From positions 1 through 42,535 of the forward strand of contig KZ538879.1 of assembly GCA_000934665.2 (NCBI GenBank): 42,535 bases of DNA, given 5' to 3'. The notes below the pieces were generated by a model that worked only from the letters and a program-made list of their open reading frames with translations, was not told the DNA's origin and did no database searches. Shown piece after piece: positions 38,701-42,535 of the stretch; the stretch's first letter is position 1, and each line of letters begins with the position of its first letter. The DNA is from Catajapyx aquilonaris (taxonomy: Eukaryota). The position numbers and the translations under genes are program-made.

Positions 38701-41700
38701 TTCAGTATTATGATTTTACCCTCGAGGTCTCGTAAATTGTAACTTCGAGTGAGTCTATTATTATCTTGCTTCAAGGCCCTTTGATACTACATTAGACGTT
38801 TGCAGACCTATATGAAAACCGTGAGAGTAAATTCAGACAGACTTACAAACCGCCACTGTAGCAGTGCTATTAACAACCTCGACTCCGCAGATTTAAGCCA
38901 ACCTACTAAGGAAATTGGTTTAGAACTTTAGTTAGTTACGTCTAAATCTGAATTGAACTGCAGAATTGCTTTCCCCTTTCCTTGTTGTAAACTCTTTGCT
39001 CTGAAAAGTTACCGTCACACTGCTTGTGACGGATGAAAATTTATAACTGCACCACAGATATAACTCTTAACTTTGATTTCAACAGAAGGCAAGTTTTTTC
39101 GTTTCTTAGAATTTCCAACGGGGCTCAAATCAGCTTGAGAAACTCTCCTGTTTTATGATTCACTTGCGGTGAATACTGTACTTCTCCTCTACCGCACACC
39201 TTAATGAGATTTATAGGCCAATCTATTGTCCTTGCATTAGCCTTTAACGTACCCAATTAGGTGGGCCCTGACGTGATTCCACCTGTCAGCGGCCACACAA
39301 ATAGGGCAATGCGGTTATCTTACTTGAAAGAGATCGTCTCGTATCCAGTTAGCGTACGCCATGACCAACCCCAGAGGAATCCCCTGTTGAATGACTGCTC
39401 TCTATAGCTGACTATATAGAGAGCAACACGTTGTGCACCGTTGCCAAATTACAGGTTCTGGAGCTTTAAAACACTGAAAAGAAAGGACTAAGTCAAATAA
39501 TTTTGTAGCCAAATACGATGTAATCGGAGATTATTCCGACAGTAAGTAGTATATGTGATTCCATGAGCAGTAATTCCAATGGGACTTCGACTCTGTTGGG
39601 TCATGTAATTGAAGTTTTTTTTTTAAAAAATAACCCTTTTTAGAGTCGAACTTTCCTTTCCGGAGATTCTGAATCGGGATGAAAAGTCCGCTGACTGATT
39701 TAAATAAGTTTTAATCCGACGGGGCATGGCAAAACTCGCTTCAAAGCAAAGCTGCTAGAGAGAGAGTTGAGAAAATATTAATAATAATGCGAATGAACGA
39801 GAAGAAACTTGGCGCAAACTCCATTTGCGTCAGTGCCAAAATCACGACGGAACCAGCGTAGTACATACACGTTTGCTTCATCAGGTCGTCCATTTTAACT
39901 TGCAAAATAGTGGCGCTTTATATGTGAGCGAGATTCGCAAACAGGAAGTCCTGCGAAATCAGCCGCTTCATGTGAATTTCATTTTGAACGCGACTCGTGA
40001 CAAACAGCAACGAAAAGGATGAGCAGCAAAAGAAAAGCGGGAAAAGGAGGGGGGGAAAATGTGTGCAAAAATCCGTTTGAACTTCTTCATGTTGCTAGGT
40101 TACGATCCAGGCAGTGTTTTTACCATCACCTGTTTTATACCATGCCATCTACTATAGCCCCTCGAGTCGTAAGAAGATTAAACCGGATCGATTCTTGCTC
40201 CGACGCGAAGAAATGAAAATAAAAACCAACTCTTTTTTGTAGCTGGATATGTGTGTTTTTTGTCTGAAAGTCATGCTTTGTAATCTGTATCAACACTGCA
40301 TGTAGTATAGACTCAATTGCTTGTGTTTTGCCGCCATTTTTTGGAGCTTAGTTGGAAGAAAGGCTGCTTTTTGATGATTAATGGAGTTTAAACCCAGAGA
40401 ACGAGCACAAAACTGAGTTACCATCCAAACGGTGCAAATGGTTTTTTTTCTGAAAACGGAGCTGTTGAAGCAGCTCAAAAATAGACTCCATTTGTTTTAA
40501 AAAAGCTGTGGAATAAAAAAAATTGTGCTACTTGTGCAATTACGTGCAGAATAAGCCTTTGTGTTTTCTGCCTCGTTGAGTCCCCATCTCTCTGTCGCGA
40601 AAACAGCTATGCAGTGGGGAAAATCCAGGTGCTCATTCCCACGCATCTACTACGCCTGTTGAGAGAGCTTCATGTCTGCACCGAGTCTAATGACTTGCTA
40701 CGTGTCCTGAGAAATTACTGCTGAATATATGCAGAGATGTATGAGCTCAGCAATCCTTTTGTTTTTCAGCACGTTTCGTTGGAACAAGACATTTCTGGTA
40801 GTGAAATGATTGGAAAGCCTAAAGCAAATTCAGACTTTAGTTGGACCGATTGTGTTCATTGCAAATGCACGTTCTGCTGAGCTTAGACAGTTTTTATTTC
40901 AACGTCAACCTTGCAATGGCAATTTGAGAGATTCGCTGGCTCATTCTGTATATATGGATGGGGGACAGTAATTCGAAACAGAAACTGCCGGAGAAACTCT
41001 TCCGAACACATTACCTAGTGGCCTACGGGCTGTTGTGGTTGCACAGTATTGCCAAAGCTGAAAGCAAAGTTGACTTGGTTAGCTCTATTACATACTTATC
41101 AAGTTAAATAAAAAATTAATCCATATGAACTTTTGCACTGGAGGGGGCTTGGATTTTAAAAAAATACGAGTGAGAGAGACAACTTGTTGGGCCTTTCTAT
41201 TAAAAAAAGTTGTGCCCCGCGGACGAAACTTGCAACAAAATTATAGTGCTCTGTGTACAGTGCTTGAGGAGCGTCAGTGGCTTTTCCACAGCACAGGATG
41301 GAATGAACCTAGTTCGGAAACACTGGGGCTACTCGGGAATTTGTGAGGCCCGAGCTATGGGAACAGAAGGCGGCAGCAAATAGTTCAGATTAGATGCAAA
41401 GCTAATAAGAGAGTTGAATTGGGCGCGTCCCGGGGCCAGATTAGGCTATCGTTAAAGTCTGGTCGGCCATGAAGGGAAAGGCAAAAGGGGAGCTTGAAGC
41501 TGAGGCCGCCCAAGTATGCATTGTGCTGAATTGCTGAAGGAGCGAGACAGCCGGAACTGCGGTCCTTTTCAAAGAGGAAAAGAGGTGGAAAAGGTTAGCC
41601 AATTCAGGCTCTGCTCTTTTTTTGGTACAGTACTGGTGGCGCCACCAGACGATAGTTTCTTTCATTTCGAGCTTTTCCTACACAGGCTTGCTCGGGGCAT

Positions 41701-42535
41701 GGAGGTCGCCGAGGTTGTAATAAGAGCTGCAGAGCGATCTCAGACACGGAAACTTCGCTTGAAGGTGTATCTAGGGACTCGTGCTGGTTATGTACGAGAT
41801 GCAAGGTGAAAAAAACGCCGCATTCAGAAAAAGAAACTATGCTGGGAACGAATTAACCAACTGGGAACACCCAAGTTATATATCTCATTCCAGTAGGCGC
41901 TAACAAATCGGCAACATTTGTCACAGGAGTGGAAAGAAGAAAAGTCTGAACTTCCTTTTTTGATTGGAGCACTGATCTTCTCCCGGATATTTTGAGCAGC
42001 AAGCGACATTTGACGAGCTAATTTACCATATCGGCTAGAACTTCCTAGGTGATTAGCGTTTTCGCGTCGCTTCACTTTCTTTTCAGGCGTATCGGTTTTA
42101 ATTAAAGGGGATATGAAACAGGGGGATGCTTTGCTGCTGGCAATTTCGAGCCCAAGGTTTTTTTGGAGGGGATGCTGCCTCAAGTACACTATAACCTGCA
42201 GCAGTATACCCGCACCGAGGTGAAGAACGCGGAAAGTTCGGGTACGCCGTAATTTACGGGTCAAGTTGCTCCGGTGCAGTGTTTAACAAATGTAAATGAG
42301 CCGCCCGTGAGTACAGGGTGTTCACTGACCTAGTTCAATAAAAGAGCATTGTGACATAAATTGACAGAAATAATGACTTTAGTTGCACTCTTTATATGCT
42401 TTTACTTGGTACCAGATTTCGTGTGGTTTTTGGGACCACCAGCGGTTAAAATGGTCGCGCTTTTCAATTTGCGTCTCCGCAGGTTTGGAGCCAAGCACTT
42501 GAGAGCTTGAATTACGCTTAATGTTGAGGTTGTCC
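32736..42535 (+). other. Intron after coding exon 2 (at least 9.8 kb, continues beyond the window)
   Basis: GTAGGC donor. By eye I found no downstream segment encoding the expected ..YDxxRPLxY.. continuation. Confidence 0.7.

Noticed and set aside
40381..40484. Possible degenerate Tc1/mariner transposase N-terminus
   Set aside because: It needs a stop and a frameshift, and the resemblance is too weak to support by eye.
5323..42264. Remaining 60-163 aa ORFs on both strands (for example 36594-37156, 30379-30807, 41824-42264)
   Set aside because: No domains or motifs, many non-ATG starts, and they overlap in several frames. This is what chance ORFs in intronic DNA look like.
42312..42324. TA-CAGGGTGTTCA, a Tc1/mariner-like TIR start
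   Set aside because: No partner TIR in the window, and a match this short can be chance.
42461..42502. Acceptor-like ttttcaatttgcgtctccgcag| as exon 3
   Set aside because: In the required phase 1 it reads G-L-E-P-S-T-stop (TGA 42500-42502), with no YDxxRP motif.
1..42535. Prokaryotic systems (CRISPR, defence operons, phage), tRNA, rRNA or SINE
   Set aside because: No repeat-spacer arrays, no gene-dense operons and no correctly spaced A-box/B-box pairs seen. The sequence is spliceosomal eukaryotic DNA.

Overview
This is eukaryotic, intron-rich genomic DNA, probably from an invertebrate or arthropod (inferred from abundant CpG and an insect-type Inr+DPE core promoter). It has no prokaryotic operons, CRISPR arrays, rRNA or tRNA genes that I can see. 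The only protein-coding gene I can support is the 5' part of a + strand Rho-family small GTPase most similar to the Rnd/RhoE subfamily. Coding exon 1 (5116-5226, [37 protein letters not shown]) splices across a 27,421-nt GT-AG intron to an 88-nt coding exon 2 (32648-32735, IYTPTGFEKYSATYNVGDYKINFTVWDTSG), which the ORF track misses. Exon 3 and the rest of the gene lie beyond the window. The protein mixes Rnd-like features (CKIVxVGD..CGKTAL, WDTS) with a retained Gly at the Ras-12 position and an unusual switch I (YTPTGFEKY). The rest is upstream and intronic DNA with microsatellites, an assembly gap, probable short Helitron/MITE relics and a few hairpins. The other listed ORFs look like chance ORFs. 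I found no convincing new multi-gene system; the best lead is the atypical Rnd-like GTPase and its splicing and promoter architecture.
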